A stretch of 64,000 nucleotides of DNA from Schmidtea polychroa (Eukaryota), in NCBI GenBank assembly GCA_044892525.1, contig CM097885.1, forward strand, positions 20,958,001 to 21,022,000, read 5' to 3'. The first letter of the stretch is position 1. Each line of letters starts with the position of its first letter. The notes under the pieces were generated by a model, which saw only the letters and a list, made by a program, of their open reading frames with translations, had not been told where the DNA came from and did not search any database. The position numbers and the translations under genes were made by a program. Below are positions 63,599 through 64,000 of this stretch, one piece after another.

Positions 63599-64000
63599 AG
63601 TAGGTAGATAGTAGCCCGCGGGAAAAATTACCCCCCCCCCCGGGGGGGTTGTTCCCAACTTTTTATTACGCAATTGTTCCCAACTCATTTTTTTGCTTTC
63701 AGGGATTTTTGGTCCAAATTTTTTTTTATCACACTTATTTCGATGGTCCTGGGATTTTCAATACAAAAAATTTTTTTCAATACAAAAAGCTGGTCTACAC
63801 TAAAAAAGCCAAGGAATTTTCAGACTATAGTGAGGGGGTCTCGATGGTCCTGGGATTTTCAATACAAAAAATTTTTTTCAATACAAAAATCCGACTACCA
63901 CTAAAAAAGCATAGAATTTTCAGACTATAGTGAGGGGGTCTCGATGGTCCTGGGATTTTCTATACAAAAATCCGACTACCAATAAAAAAGCATGGAATTT
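63599..64000 (+). mobile_element. Terminus (TIR) of Polinton 3, same family as Polinton 1; runs off the window
   Basis: AGTAGGTAGATAGTAGC start, C-run/G-run, then the same GACTATAGTGAGGGGGTCTCGATGGTCCTGGGATTTTC modules. Confidence 0.9.

Overview
Very AT-rich eukaryotic (invertebrate, possibly planarian; inference) genomic DNA dominated by mobile elements. The main feature is a complete Polinton/Maverick (adintovirus-like) provirus at 7893-27096, with AGTAG...CTACT ends, about 1.2-kb TIRs and a TATATA 6-bp TSD. It encodes pPolB, a packaging ATPase, a chromodomain integrase, two tandem minor capsid genes, a major capsid gene split by a nested hAT transposon, a spliced adenain protease, small core or membrane-lytic proteins and, unusually, an intact TATA-binding-protein-like gene next to a Cys-rich ORF. 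Several of its genes carry 40-46 nt spliceosomal introns. A second, decayed Polinton (57279 to about 63598) carries a coiled-coil cargo ORF and is interrupted by the terminus of a third (63599 to the window end). The window also holds the 3' part of a BEL/Pao retrotransposon, hAT, Merlin and MULE elements and MITEs with resolvable TSDs, two Penelope-type hammerhead ribozyme motifs, a Rab1-PSMA6 chimeric fragment, an actin pseudogene fragment and a few candidate host exons.
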